NCBI GenBank assembly: GCA_964421125.1
Contig: CAYQVD010000005.1
Span: 867 to 64,866 of the forward strand
Length of the DNA stretch: 64,000 nucleotides
Source: an uncultured Bdellovibrionales bacterium
Lineage (GTDB): Bacteria; Patescibacteriota; Minisyncoccia; Moranbacterales; DUUL01
Direction of reading: 5' to 3'
The position numbers and the translations under genes are program-made. The notes below the pieces were generated by a model. It saw nothing but the letters and a program-made list of their open reading frames with translations. It was not told the DNA's origin and made no database searches. Positions 19,003 through 29,153 of the stretch are shown piece by piece; the stretch's first letter is position 1, and every line of letters starts with the position of its first letter.

Positions 19003-19992
19003 TTAATTAAATAAATCCTTCACTCCCTGTAAAATTCGATAAGTAAAATACCTTCTCTTATTAATTACAATATCCCAGCACCCTGGAAAGTCAACGATTT
19101 TTTCTTTTGGTGCAAAGCTGATTTTGAAACGAGTTATTCCTTTCCATAAATTCTTATCACTTTCATCAATTTTTAATCCACCAAAATCATATTTTTCACA
19201 CCCAAGCTTTTTAGCATATTTAATCGCCTCCCACTGGAGTACGTAGTTTGCCATAACATTTCGATGAATATTAGAAGATGCTCCATGTAAATAAGTCGCT
19301 ACTCCACCAAAAAAACTGACAACAATAGCTCCAATAACTTTCTCGTCATATTTTGCAAGATAGAGTTTTATTTTTTCATTATTAATTTCAGTTACCATTT
19401 TTTGATAATACTTAAACGGATGAATTGAAATCTTATCACGTTCTGCAGTTTTTTTTGAAATTTCATAAAAAATATTAATATCCTTTTCTGGATTTTCAGA
19501 TTCCTCAATTTGTACTCCCTTTTTTTCCGCTAAGCGAATATTATAACGAGTTTTTTGCTTCATTTCAGCTAAAAGTTTCTCTTCTGATTTTTCTAAATCA
19601 AGTATTAATGTTTGAGCTGGCTCATGGTTTTTCTTTGATTTTTTTATACAAAAATCTCCCCCTAAAACATTTTCAATTCCTTCTAAGTCACTTTGAGATT
19701 GTGGTTCAATTCGCAACCATCCCGCTTTCTTATTTTCACACTCTGAAATAACTTTTTTCATCACCTCGCCCAATTGCTCATCAGAAATATTTTTCAAAAA
19801 AATCGGCCCCCTTGGAACAAAAAAGTAATCCCCAACAACTGAAAGTGAATGCTTAAAGGCTCGCAAAGAAAAATTTTCCTGTTCAAAAACTAGTACTTTT
19901 TTTCCAGCACTTTCTTGAAATTTCCGCCAATGATCAGACTGTAAAAATCCACCATCGACACTATTTTCTTGATAAAATTTTTCTGAATTCAT
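19003..19992 (-). CDS. FemAB-family peptidyl/aminoacyl transferase (FemX-like lipid II branch transferase)
   Basis: The N-terminus MNSEKFYQENSVDGGFLQSDHWRKFQ matches the FemX FLQSxxW start. The track ORF begins at 20046, but those extra 18 codons run into a repeat element, so the start is placed at the ATG at 19992. Confidence 0.6.
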   Translation of the reverse strand: MNSEKFYQENSVDGGFLQSDHWRKFQESAGKKVLVFEQENFSLRAFKHSLSVVGDYFFVPRGPIFLKNISDEQLGEVMKKVISECENKKAGWLRIEPQSQSDLEGIENVLGGDFCIKKSKKNHEPAQTLILDLEKSEEKLLAEMKQKTRYNIRLAEKKGVQIEESENPEKDINIFYEISKKTAERDKISIHPFKYYQKMVTEINNEKIKLYLAKYDEKVIGAIVVSFFGGVATYLHGASSNIHRNVMANYVLQWEAIKYAKKLGCEKYDFGGLKIDESDKNLWKGITRFKISFAPKEKIVDFPGCWDIVINKRRYFTYRILQGVKDLFN

Positions 19993-20013
19993 AATTAAAA
20001 TTAATATTGAGCT

Positions 20014-20085
20014 TTTTGGATAACATATTTTCTCCCAAAATCCCATCGGAACGGCCTGACACTCGAAAATATATCATCCAAAAAG
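20014..20085 (-). repeat. Third, inverted and partly divergent copy of the 80-bp MITE-like element
   Basis: The reverse complement aligns with 12367-12448 (GGAAyGGyCTGACACTyGAAAATA core). Confidence 0.55.
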
Positions 20086-20139
20086 CTCCGTGAGTAAATA
20101 GTTAAAATATAAAAAATAATCGATTTAAAAATATTTTAT

Positions 20140-20280
20140 GGGAATAAAATTTTCTACAAAAATTTTGTCTGAAAGCCCAAATTTTATCTGGAAATCGTCT
20201 AAGGTAGTGTTGAATGTGGGTAAGATTTTCAGTAATAAAATTTAGGGCTTGAGTTTATTTTTGTAGAAAATTTTATTCCC
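20140..20280 (+). repeat. 141-bp palindromic TIR element (MITE-like or structured RNA), copy 1, downstream of ruvA
   Basis: 24-bp perfect terminal inverted repeats GGGAATAAAATTTTCTACAAAAAT / ATTTTTGTAGAAAATTTTATTCCC, with nested inner inverted repeats (AAGCCCAAATTTTA / TAAAATTTAGGGCTT). ~90% identical to 20968-21106. Confidence 0.75.
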
Positions 20281-20341
20281 AGAAAAGATTATGCTCAAAC
20301 AAAAAACACTCTTAAAAACTGTCATATTTCAGTTATTCTAA

Positions 20342-20914
20342 CTACTTTTTCATTGCCCTTAAAGCGATGGTAATTCTTTCTGATAAATCGTCAGATTCTT
20401 TTGCTGAAATTTTAGCTGCTTCTCGTGCCTCCGAAACTGAATATCCCATACTCACCAGCGCTTCAATGACTTCCTGGTCAGTCTGAGCATTTTCTTGATC
20501 ACTTTCCGATGGAAGCATGTCGACCTTGTTCTGAAGCTCTAAAATCACTCTCTCTGCGATCTTTTTCCCTACTCCTGACACTTTGGTTAGAATAGATGAG
20601 TCCTCATTAACAATGGCAGTTTTAATTGTTTTTGGAGGAGCAATGGTCAGAAGCCCAAGTCCTGCCTTCGGTCCAATACCAGAAACTCCAATCAACAATT
20701 CAAACATCTCAAGCTCTTCCTGACTAATAAAACCATAAAGAGCCAAAATATCCTCTCGAACGTGAGTGTGGATAAAAACTTCTGCCTCTTCCATAGAAAC
20801 AATTTTCCCTAAAGTCACTTCGGTCATGTGAACTTGATAGCCAACTCCACTGACATTTATAATAGCAGTATTCCCACGAACTTGATCAACTTTTCCAATC
20901 AACTTCCCTATCAT
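20342..20914 (-). CDS. ruvA: Holliday junction branch-migration protein RuvA
   Basis: 190 aa. N-terminal OB domain IGKLIGKV...GVGYQVHMT, HhH motifs GVSGIGPKAG / VSGVGKKIAERV, and a C-terminal domain III. Confidence 0.85.
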   Translation of the reverse strand: MIGKLIGKVDQVRGNTAIINVSGVGYQVHMTEVTLGKIVSMEEAEVFIHTHVREDILALYGFISQEELEMFELLIGVSGIGPKAGLGLLTIAPPKTIKTAIVNEDSSILTKVSGVGKKIAERVILELQNKVDMLPSESDQENAQTDQEVIEALVSMGYSVSEAREAAKISAKESDDLSERITIALRAMKK

Positions 20915-20967
20915 TTATTTTATACTTAATATTAAAACTTACACTGAAATATTCAAAGGTTTTTTCT

Positions 20968-21106
20968 GAGAATAAAATTTTCTACAAAAATTTTGCCTGA
21001 AAGTCCAAATTTTACCTGGAAATCGTCCAAGGTGGTGTTGAATGTGGGTAAGATTTTCAGTAGTAAAATTTAGGGCTTGAGTTCATTTTTTAGAAAATTT
21101 TATTCT
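20968..21106 (+). repeat. 139-bp palindromic TIR element, copy 2, upstream of ruvA
   Basis: Direct copy of 20140-20280, with TIRs GAGAATAAAATTTTCTACAAAAA / TTTTTTAGAAAATTTTATTCTC. Confidence 0.75.
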
Positions 21107-21248
21107 CAGAAAAAAGCACGCCTATATTTTTTAAAATATATCACCTCAATCTTAAAGACTCTACTTATAATAGCATCTCTTTACAAATTTTCCAATCTAT
21201 GTTAGGATTTGTTCATTATATTAATAAATTTATTAAATTTTCCAAGTT

Positions 21249-21512
21249 ATGCCAATCAAAGATTCTGCCAAGAAATACATGAAGGTTACTGAGAAAAAAA
21301 CTGCTTTAAACAGAAAAAGAAAGCTGAATCTCAGAGCTGCTGTAAAAGAAGTCATTGAACTTACAAAAGAAGGCAAAAAAGACGATGCTCGAAAAGCTCT
21401 TGTAAAAGCTCAAAAAGCTCTTGATAAAGCTGTGAAAACAGGTGTCATCAAAAAAAACACTGCCTCAAGAAAAAAATCACGACTTTCAGTATCAATTAAA
21501 AAAATTGCTTAA
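21249..21512 (+). CDS. rpsT: 30S ribosomal protein bS20
   Basis: 87 aa, Lys/Ala-rich, with MPIKDSAKKYMKVTEKKTALNRKRK...KKNTASRKKSRLSVSIKKI. Typical S20 length and composition. Confidence 0.8.
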   Translation: MPIKDSAKKYMKVTEKKTALNRKRKLNLRAAVKEVIELTKEGKKDDARKALVKAQKALDKAVKTGVIKKNTASRKKSRLSVSIKKIA

Positions 21513-21523
21513 ATTTCTTTGGA

Positions 21524-21560
21524 TAAATAAAATACCTCCTTATAGGAGGTATTTTATTAT
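21524..21560. terminator. Bidirectional terminator (TACCTCC-TTATA-GGAGGTA) between rpsT and the convergent GH130 gene
   Basis: A-rich run, a 7-bp stem, then ATTTTATTATT. Confidence 0.6.
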
Positions 21561-21574
21561 TAAAAAGCTTTGAT

Positions 21575-23496
21575 TTACTCTTCCATTGATCTCTTTATTT
21601 CTTTTATCAATTTCGCCAGAGAACAAGTAGCTACGCCTAAGACCTTATCTGCTGCTCCATAATAAACAAAAAGTGTTTTTCCTATTAAGACGTTCCCACA
21701 GGAAAAAACTACATTTGGAACATTGCCATTTTTCTCATAAGTAGTTATTGGTTCAAAAATCGGATTTTCAGTACGAGCAATTATCTTCTCTGGGGTTTTT
21801 AAATCAGTAAGCATTGCTCCAAGCCGATAAGCAGAATCTATTTCTGAAATACCATGATACAGAATCAACCAACTATCCTTTGTCTTTATCGGTGGTCCAT
21901 TTAATCCCACCTTCTCACTATCCCATTTTCCTTTACGAGGAATAATCCAATTGTTCTCACTGTTCATTTTTTCTTTCGAAAAATTTAGATCTTTTGAGTA
22001 CAACAGGTCCATACCATAATTATTGATTCTATGGATAGCTAAATATTTCCCTTTGATTTTTTCAGGAAAAATACAGGCATCTTTATTTGAAATAGGAGAA
22101 TCAGAAACCAAATAAGGCTTACTCCATTTCCATTTTTTCTGAATAAAATCTTTTTTTTCAATACTCGTAAGAGCCACGCGAGGTTCTTGCAATCCATTAA
22201 AAGCTGTATAAAACATATATATTTTTGATCCAATTTTAACTAGACGCGGATCCTCACAACCATAATATTGCCCTCGATCATTTTTTTCAAAATCATATTG
22301 AGGAACATACACTGGATGGTTCAATCTCTCATCGATATCAAAACCATTCTTAGATGAAGCATATCCTAAAGCAGAAATAAAATTGGGAGATTCAGCACGA
22401 TAAAGCAAATGAACCTTCCCATTTTCATATATAGCTCCCGCATTGATAGTTGATCTTGCTTCCCATTCATTTTCAGCTTTTGGCTCTAATATTGGATTTT
22501 TATTAAATCTCTTCAAAGAAAAAACGTTAGAATTTTTTTCCAAAATATTACTTATTACGTCTTTCAAATTATAAGTTGTAGCACAACAAACACTATCAGC
22601 TCCAACATAAAAAAGATGAAGTTTTTCTTTTTCAATAAAAGCACCTGAAGGGAAAACTATGTTAGGCATTTTCCCATAAAGTTCATATTCTTTTTCTGGC
22701 ACAAGCAGAGGGGTCTTGCTAACATCAATAATTTTAGATGGGTCATTTTTATCCAATAATGCAGCATGCACTTCAAATAAAGTCTCTTTTTCAGGATTGT
22801 AATAATTTCTGACGTAGGAATAAATAACCAACCTTCTTTAGTTTTGATTGGAGGAGCACCAACCTCAAAATGATCAAATTCATTCTTTGGCAACCGAAGA
22901 AGATTATTATCTGCAGATTGATACCAGTCATCCCAAAATTCTGGCGACCAAATATCTTTTTCTTTATCAAAAAAAGCTATACCAATTTTTGTAGCCGGTG
23001 GACGATCTGTGTCAATTGACAAAAGCGCCACATATTTTCCTTTAATTTTTTCAGGAAATAATATCATTGCCTTAGAATTGAAAGTGGTTACTGGATGTTT
23101 TTCAATTTTTTTAAAATCTTTCGTAATAGCTAATCCAGTCTTTATTCCATCAGGACCAAAAGGAAAACTTGAAAGTGCAGTATAAAAAATATAATACTTT
23201 TTTCCAATCTTTGTTATACGAGGATCCTCACAACCAAATTTTTTCCAATCATATTCAGGTCTAATAAAAAGTTCTCGGTTTTTAAAATTCTTCCCGTCTC
23301 GACTAGTAGCATGACCAATAGTAGAAATTTATAATTTAGCACCATCAACATCTTATGGAGCAGAAATTGCTCGATAAAAAAGATGTGTTATGCCCTTCTC
23401 TTTCAAAGGACAACCATTAAAAGTAGCCTCACTCTCCCAGCTATTTAATTCTGATGGAAGAAGAATCGGATTACATTTGTAACGCTTTGTAATCAT
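21575..23496 (-). pseudogene. Disrupted tandem GH130-like glycosidase/glycoside phosphorylase gene (two GH130 domains; two in-frame TAA stops and a frameshift)
   Basis: The C-terminal 418-aa ORF (21575-22831) contains GCEDPRL and LYRAESPNFISALGYASSKNG. The upstream frame continues through ...FPEKIKGKYVALLS...APPIKTKEGWL, then shifts frame at the GGTTGGTT repeat near 22836-22845. The N-terminal domain (from the ATG at 23496) has in-frame TAA codons near 23331 and 23355, inside the conserved YRA...IGHATSRDG block. Confidence 0.55.
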
Positions 23497-23528
23497 GTTT
23501 TATTTTTATTCAAAATTATTTATAGTAG

Positions 23529-25349
23529 TTAGACTAAAACAACCTTTTTCATAGAAACCACTTTAGGCGATTTAATCATAGATGATAAAAATTCTTTTAT
23601 TGGAGCAACAGCCACACAAACTACTGTGTCTGCCCCACCATAATAAACAAAAAGTTTTTCATCTTTAATAACAGTCCCACAAACATAAACTACTCCAGCT
23701 TTAAATCCTTCATTTTCGTAATGAAGCAATGGTTCTAGTATAGGCTGACTAGCACGGTATAATATTTTTTCCGGATTCTCGTAATCCAAAATCATTGCTC
23801 CAACTTTATATTTATTGGGATCCCGTCTATCCATGGCATGATAAAGTACTAGCCATCCAGAATCAATCTTAATTGGAGGAGCAGCCACTCCTCTTAAAAT
23901 ATTATCCCATCTGCGATCATCTGATTGATTATTCCTATAACTATCAATAACAACATTAGGTTTTTCTATTAAATCAAAATAATCAATCATTATATTAGGA
24001 GCAATACTATGTAAAATCGCAAATTTTCCTTTAATCTTTTCTGGAAAAACCACCCAATTTTTTTGAATTTCTCCTGGGCGAGAAATAAGACTTGGAGTTT
24101 TCCAATTCCACTTTTTATTTAAAAAATCAGAAACTTTTATAGAAGTTATCGCTACTCCAGGAGGACAATTTCCATTAAAAGCTACATAAGTCATATAAAT
24201 TCTTTTTCCAACAACGGTCAAACGAGGATCTTCGCACCCTCCCCATCCCCCACCTGACATATAAGGAAAAGTAAATGTTTCTTTTTGATTATTTTTTCTA
24301 AATTCAAAATATTGCGATGGAACATAGACTGGTCCCGCTAGTCTTTCATCAATTTTAATTCCATCTTTACTCGAGGCATATCCAAGAACAGAAATTCCAT
24401 CTTTCCCAATTGCCCGATAAATTAAATGTACCCTTCCATCTAAAAAAATAGATGCGGGATTAAAAACAGCTTCTGATTCCCAATAGTTCTTGCTTACTGG
24501 TGAAAGAATGGGATTGTTTTCCGTTCTTTGAAGTTGCGGTTGCAAAATAAAATCTTGCTGTTTTTTGTTTAAGGTCTTGATTTTAGAAAAAATGACTGGC
24601 GGAAGATCTGTAGCATGAAAGTTTTCTTTTTCATCTTTTCCGAAAAAAGTATATTTTCCTCGAAATTTTGTAATACCGACAGGAATAAAAGTTTGATTAT
24701 CTGGCTCCCTCCAAAAAGGCAAAGCTGCTCTCCAAATAATTTTCTTTGGATTTTTTTTATCTAAAAGAACTGCTCCAATTGAAAGTTTTTTATTATTATC
24801 TTTCGCATAATAAAAAAGCAAAATTCCTTCTGAATGATAAAAAATACTTGCTGGCATAAGACTTTTTTCGTCAAAATATCCTTTGCGAGCAGATAAAATA
24901 ATTGAAGTTTCTTTCTTATTAAAAAATCCTAATTTAATTTTTTTATCTCCAAAAAGAAACTGTCTTGATTCTCCTTTTTTTCTACTAGAAATAAACAAGC
25001 ATCCTCCATTAATCTTTGGCATTGACTGATCTTTCTTCCAGTGAATTAAGTCTGAAGAAAAAAATAAATTGGTTTTATTTTTTTTCTTAAAAACCGTCTC
25101 ATAAGAAAAAAAGTATTGCTTTTTAGAAATTTTTGAAAAACGGATATTTTTCCAACGAGCAGAATAATTTAAAGGAGTTTTTCCTTTTCCTAAAAAAAGT
25201 TTTTTTACACTTCTTTTGTTGTCCCAGTTAACCAGTTCTATTTGATTAGACTTAACTGTAGTTCGAATAAAAAATCTTTTTTTATCTTCACTAAAAGCAT
25301 TCAAATAATTGAATTTTTTTATTTTATTTTGAAAATTTTTCATTTTCAA
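23529..25349 (-). CDS. GH130-like glycosidase/phosphorylase with an N-terminal accessory beta-rich domain
   Basis: 606 aa. The C-terminal domain carries VHLIYRAIGKDGISVLGYASSKDG and GGCEDPRLTVVG (the EDPR motif of PF04041/GH130). It is a paralog of the adjacent decayed gene. Confidence 0.6.
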   Translation of the reverse strand: MKMKNFQNKIKKFNYLNAFSEDKKRFFIRTTVKSNQIELVNWDNKRSVKKLFLGKGKTPLNYSARWKNIRFSKISKKQYFFSYETVFKKKNKTNLFFSSDLIHWKKDQSMPKINGGCLFISSRKKGESRQFLFGDKKIKLGFFNKKETSIILSARKGYFDEKSLMPASIFYHSEGILLFYYAKDNNKKLSIGAVLLDKKNPKKIIWRAALPFWREPDNQTFIPVGITKFRGKYTFFGKDEKENFHATDLPPVIFSKIKTLNKKQQDFILQPQLQRTENNPILSPVSKNYWESEAVFNPASIFLDGRVHLIYRAIGKDGISVLGYASSKDGIKIDERLAGPVYVPSQYFEFRKNNQKETFTFPYMSGGGWGGCEDPRLTVVGKRIYMTYVAFNGNCPPGVAITSIKVSDFLNKKWNWKTPSLISRPGEIQKNWVVFPEKIKGKFAILHSIAPNIMIDYFDLIEKPNVVIDSYRNNQSDDRRWDNILRGVAAPPIKIDSGWLVLYHAMDRRDPNKYKVGAMILDYENPEKILYRASQPILEPLLHYENEGFKAGVVYVCGTVIKDEKLFVYYGGADTVVCVAVAPIKEFLSSMIKSPKVVSMKKVVLV

Positions 25350-25477
25350 CTAAGACTAATATAAATATTATTATATCATAAATTAAAAAAGATACAATAG
25401 TTTTCAAAAGCCATAAACACAACAAATAAGATTAAAAACAAATTAAAAAAATAATCAGACAAGCTCTTTTAAAAACT

Positions 25478-25512
25478 TTTTATTCACAAAACACCCCATG
25501 CGGGGTATTTTG
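25478..25512 (-). terminator. rpoC terminator hairpin (ACCCC-GCAT-GGGGT) followed by a U-rich tract
   Basis: ~35 nt downstream of the rpoC stop on the minus strand. 5-bp GC stem followed by GTTTTGTG. Confidence 0.55.
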
Positions 25513-25540
25513 CTTTGTCTAAACCAAGTAAATAGATCTT

Positions 25541-28500
25541 TTATTTCTTCACAAATCCGGTTCCGGCTGGAATTAATTTACCGATAATGATATTTTCTTT
25601 CATTCCTTTTAGTCGATCATATTTTCCTTGAATCGCAGCATTAATCAAAACCTTAGCAGTTTCCTGAAAGGATGCAGCTGATAAGAAACTGTCCGTTGAA
25701 AGGGCTACCTTGGAAATTCCAAGTACTAACCTCTCTCCGTCTGATTCTTCTTTTCCAGCTTTTTTCGCTTCCTTGTTTGCTTTAATAAAAGTATCGTACT
25801 CAACAATATCACCTGTTAGAAGATCTGTTGATCCAGGATTAATGACTTTCACTCTTGAAAGCATTTGTCGGATAACAATCTCGAGATGCTTATCATTAAT
25901 TCCTTCACCTTGAGTTTGATAAATTTCTTGAACTTCTTGGACAATGTATCGATGAAATGCGTCTCTTCCACTAACCTTAAAGTATTTCTTGAGGTCAAGA
26001 TGTCCTTCGGAAAGTATTTGTCCTTGAGTTACAAGATCACCCTTAGAAACTTTCAAGTTCATTACGCCTGGAACTGCATATTCCTTGGTAACTTCATCCT
26101 TTTTAGTCTTTGCTCCAGTTTTTTCAATTTTGATAATCTTTTGCTTCTTTGTATCTTTAATTTCAGTTACCTGTCCATCAAATTCAGCAATTGCAGCTTC
26201 AGTTTTTGGAGGTCGACTTTCGAAAATTTCATCTACACGAGGAAGACCTTGAGTAATGTCAGTCCCAGCTACACCACCAATATGGAAGGTACGCATAGTC
26301 AATTGAGTTCCAGGCTCACCAATTGCTTGAGCAGCCACAGTTCCAACAGCTTCACCAATTGCAACTAGTCGATTTCTTCCAAGATCTTTTCCGTAACATT
26401 TTTGACAAATTCCTTCGGAAGTTTGACAAGTTACAAGACTCCTAATTTTGACCTTATCAACTGTGCTTTCTCCAATTGCAATAGCTTGATCCAATGTGAT
26501 CATCTCACCTTTTTTGGCAAGAACTTTTTTGGTTTTTGGATCAGTGATATTTCCAATCAGAACTCGTCCTTCAATTCGATCTGCAAAATTTTGTCCAATC
26601 TTTTCTGCATCTTCTCGATAAAGAAATGTTCCTTCAGTAGTTCCACAGTCTTCCTCAATAATTACTAAATCCCGAGAAACATCAACCAGTCTTCGAGTCA
26701 AATAACCAGCAGTTGCTGTTCGAAGAGCGGTGTCAGCCATACCTTTTCGAGCACCATGAGTAGAAATAAAATATTCCAATACATTAAATCCCTCTTTAAA
26801 AGAACCTTTTATTGGAAGTTCAATTGTTTCACCAGTTGGTCCAGCCACTAATCCTTTCATTCCAGCCATCTGAACAACTACCGCTTCGGATCCTCGAGCT
26901 TTTGAATAAACCATATCAGCGATTGGTCCTTTTGGATCAATACCATTTCGAACTTCGATAGCAAGTTTGTTCTTAGTATCATTCCAAACTTCAACGACCT
27001 TAGTTTTTCTTTCGTCATCAGTTAAAAGACCAGTTTCAAATTGTTCGTTAACTCCTTCGATTTCCTTATCCGCTGCATCAATTAAACCTTTCTTTGTATC
27101 AGGCACAGTCAAATCATCCATTCCAAGGCTAATTCCAGATTGAGTTACAAAACTAAACCCAAGATTCTTAATTCGGTCAACAAAATCAACGGTGATATCA
27201 TTTCCTTCCGACTTCAAGAAATTTTTAATCAATTTCTTCAACTCACCTTTATCCATGAGCATATTAATATATCTCATATTCTCAGGAAGAATATCATTGA
27301 GAAGAGCTCGTCCTGCAGAAGTTTCCAACTTTTCTCCTTCATAATACAAAGTAACCTTAGATCTCAATTCAACAATATCGGCTTGGTAAGCTCTAATCAG
27401 ATCCTCAATAGAACCAAAGGCCTTCCCTTCTCCTTTCAAATTATCTTTAATTTTTGTCATATAATAAATTCCAAGTACGATGTCCTGTGAAGGAATTGTA
27501 ATTGGATCTCCATTAGAAGGTTTCAAAAGATTTCTACTTGAAAGTAAAATGTTTTCACATTCTTCTCGTGCTTTTTCAGTTAATGGAACATGAACAGCCA
27601 TCTGGTCACCATCAAAATCAGCATTAAAGGCTGCACAAACAAGTGGGTGAATTCGAATAGCTTTTCCCTCAATTAATTTTGGCTTGAAAGCTTGAATTGA
27701 AAGCCTATGAAGAGTTGGAGCTCGATTCAACATTACATATTGATTATCGATAATGTCATCCAACATTTCATACGCCTCTTCTGCTTCAGCATCAACCATT
27801 CTTCCAGCAGTTCTAACATTATGAGCGTGCTCTTTCTCAATTAATTTATTAATAATAAAAGGCTTGAAAAGTTCAAGTGCCATCTTCTTTGGAATTCCAC
27901 ATTCAAAAAGACGAAGACTTGGACCAATCACAATCACACTTCGTCCAGAATAATCAACTCGCTTTCCAAGTAAATTTTGTCGAAATCGTCCTTGTTTTCC
28001 TTTTAGCATGTCTGCCACTGATTTCAAAGCTCTTCTTTGACCAGTTGAAGCAGCAACTTTTGTTTGATTTCTTCGAGAACTGTTATCCAATAAGGCGTCA
28101 ACGGCTTCTTGAAGCATTCGCTTTTCATTTCTTTGAATAACTTCAGGCGCACCAAGATCAATCAACTTTCGAAGTCGATTATTTCGATTAATAATTCTTC
28201 GATAAAGATCATTTAGATCAGATGTTGCAAATCGTCCTCCGTCCAATTGAACCATTGGTCGTAAATCTGGAGGAATAATTGGAATAACTTTCAACATCAT
28301 CCATTCTGGTCGCAAACTAGCCTTCTCAAATCCCTTTAAAACCATCAATCGTTTCATCTGTTTCTTATAGTCACTTCCTTTTTTCTTGGCAACTTTTTCA
28401 TTAATAGCTTTAATTTCATCAGCAATAACAACTTCCTTTAAAAGTCTATCAATCGCTTCTGCTCCAATTGAAGCCTCAAAGACCTGACCAAATTTTCGAG

Positions 28501-29113
28501 CCAGACTATAATATTCTGCCTCAGTTAAAATTTGCTTTAACTGAAGACCTCTTAACTCATCCTTGGCTTGCTGAAAAGACTCCTTTAACTCATCTTTTTC
28601 TTCACTAGTTTTCGCCTCCTTAGTCTTAGCTTTGAATTCATTTTCAAGGCTCTTCCTAGCTTCAGATCGAGCATTTTCATCAACAGAAGCAACAATATAA
28701 CCGGCAAAATAAATAACTCTTTCTAACTCTTGTGGAGAAAGATTCAAAACAAGCCCAATTTTTGATGGCACTCCTCGCAAAAACCAAATATGAGAAACTG
28801 GTGCAGCCAACTTAATATGCCCCATTCGCTCTCGTCTCACAATAGATTTTGTAACTTCAACTCCACATTTATCACAAATAATTCCTTTGTAACGAATCCT
28901 TTTATATTTCCCACAATAGCACTCCCAGTCTTTTGATGGACCAAAAATTTTCTCACAGAAAAGACCATCTTTCTCAAAACGTTGTGTTCGATAGTTAATA
29001 GTTTCTGGACGAGTCACTTCACCATGTGACCAACTTAAAATATCATCAGGGGAAGCCAGTTTCAATTGAATAATATCGAAATCGGAAATTTTAGTTACTT
29101 TATTTTCTGCCAT
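25541..29113 (-). CDS. rpoC: DNA-directed RNA polymerase subunit beta'
   Basis: 1190 aa. N-terminal zinc-binding CxxC...CxxC and the catalytic NADFDGDQM motif. Confidence 0.95.
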   Translation of the reverse strand: MAENKVTKISDFDIIQLKLASPDDILSWSHGEVTRPETINYRTQRFEKDGLFCEKIFGPSKDWECYCGKYKRIRYKGIICDKCGVEVTKSIVRRERMGHIKLAAPVSHIWFLRGVPSKIGLVLNLSPQELERVIYFAGYIVASVDENARSEARKSLENEFKAKTKEAKTSEEKDELKESFQQAKDELRGLQLKQILTEAEYYSLARKFGQVFEASIGAEAIDRLLKEVVIADEIKAINEKVAKKKGSDYKKQMKRLMVLKGFEKASLRPEWMMLKVIPIIPPDLRPMVQLDGGRFATSDLNDLYRRIINRNNRLRKLIDLGAPEVIQRNEKRMLQEAVDALLDNSSRRNQTKVAASTGQRRALKSVADMLKGKQGRFRQNLLGKRVDYSGRSVIVIGPSLRLFECGIPKKMALELFKPFIINKLIEKEHAHNVRTAGRMVDAEAEEAYEMLDDIIDNQYVMLNRAPTLHRLSIQAFKPKLIEGKAIRIHPLVCAAFNADFDGDQMAVHVPLTEKAREECENILLSSRNLLKPSNGDPITIPSQDIVLGIYYMTKIKDNLKGEGKAFGSIEDLIRAYQADIVELRSKVTLYYEGEKLETSAGRALLNDILPENMRYINMLMDKGELKKLIKNFLKSEGNDITVDFVDRIKNLGFSFVTQSGISLGMDDLTVPDTKKGLIDAADKEIEGVNEQFETGLLTDDERKTKVVEVWNDTKNKLAIEVRNGIDPKGPIADMVYSKARGSEAVVVQMAGMKGLVAGPTGETIELPIKGSFKEGFNVLEYFISTHGARKGMADTALRTATAGYLTRRLVDVSRDLVIIEEDCGTTEGTFLYREDAEKIGQNFADRIEGRVLIGNITDPKTKKVLAKKGEMITLDQAIAIGESTVDKVKIRSLVTCQTSEGICQKCYGKDLGRNRLVAIGEAVGTVAAQAIGEPGTQLTMRTFHIGGVAGTDITQGLPRVDEIFESRPPKTEAAIAEFDGQVTEIKDTKKQKIIKIEKTGAKTKKDEVTKEYAVPGVMNLKVSKGDLVTQGQILSEGHLDLKKYFKVSGRDAFHRYIVQEVQEIYQTQGEGINDKHLEIVIRQMLSRVKVINPGSTDLLTGDIVEYDTFIKANKEAKKAGKEESDGERLVLGISKVALSTDSFLSAASFQETAKVLINAAIQGKYDRLKGMKENIIIGKLIPAGTGFVKK

Positions 29114-29153
29114 TTTTTTACCTTTAGGTTATTAAAAAGAAGTAATGAAATGT

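Noticed and set aside
19993-20046. N-terminal 18-codon extension of the FemX-like ORF in the track
   Set aside because: The extension runs into the inverted 80-bp repeat copy, and the conserved FemX N-terminus (MNSEKFYQ...FLQSDHW) begins at the internal ATG at 19992, so the longer start is an ORF-caller artefact.
22832-23496. Treating 22657-23067 as an independent 136-aa gene
   Set aside because: Its reading frame continues upstream without a start codon and is homologous to the N-terminal half of a GH130 domain. It is part of the decayed tandem GH130 gene, not a separate CDS.
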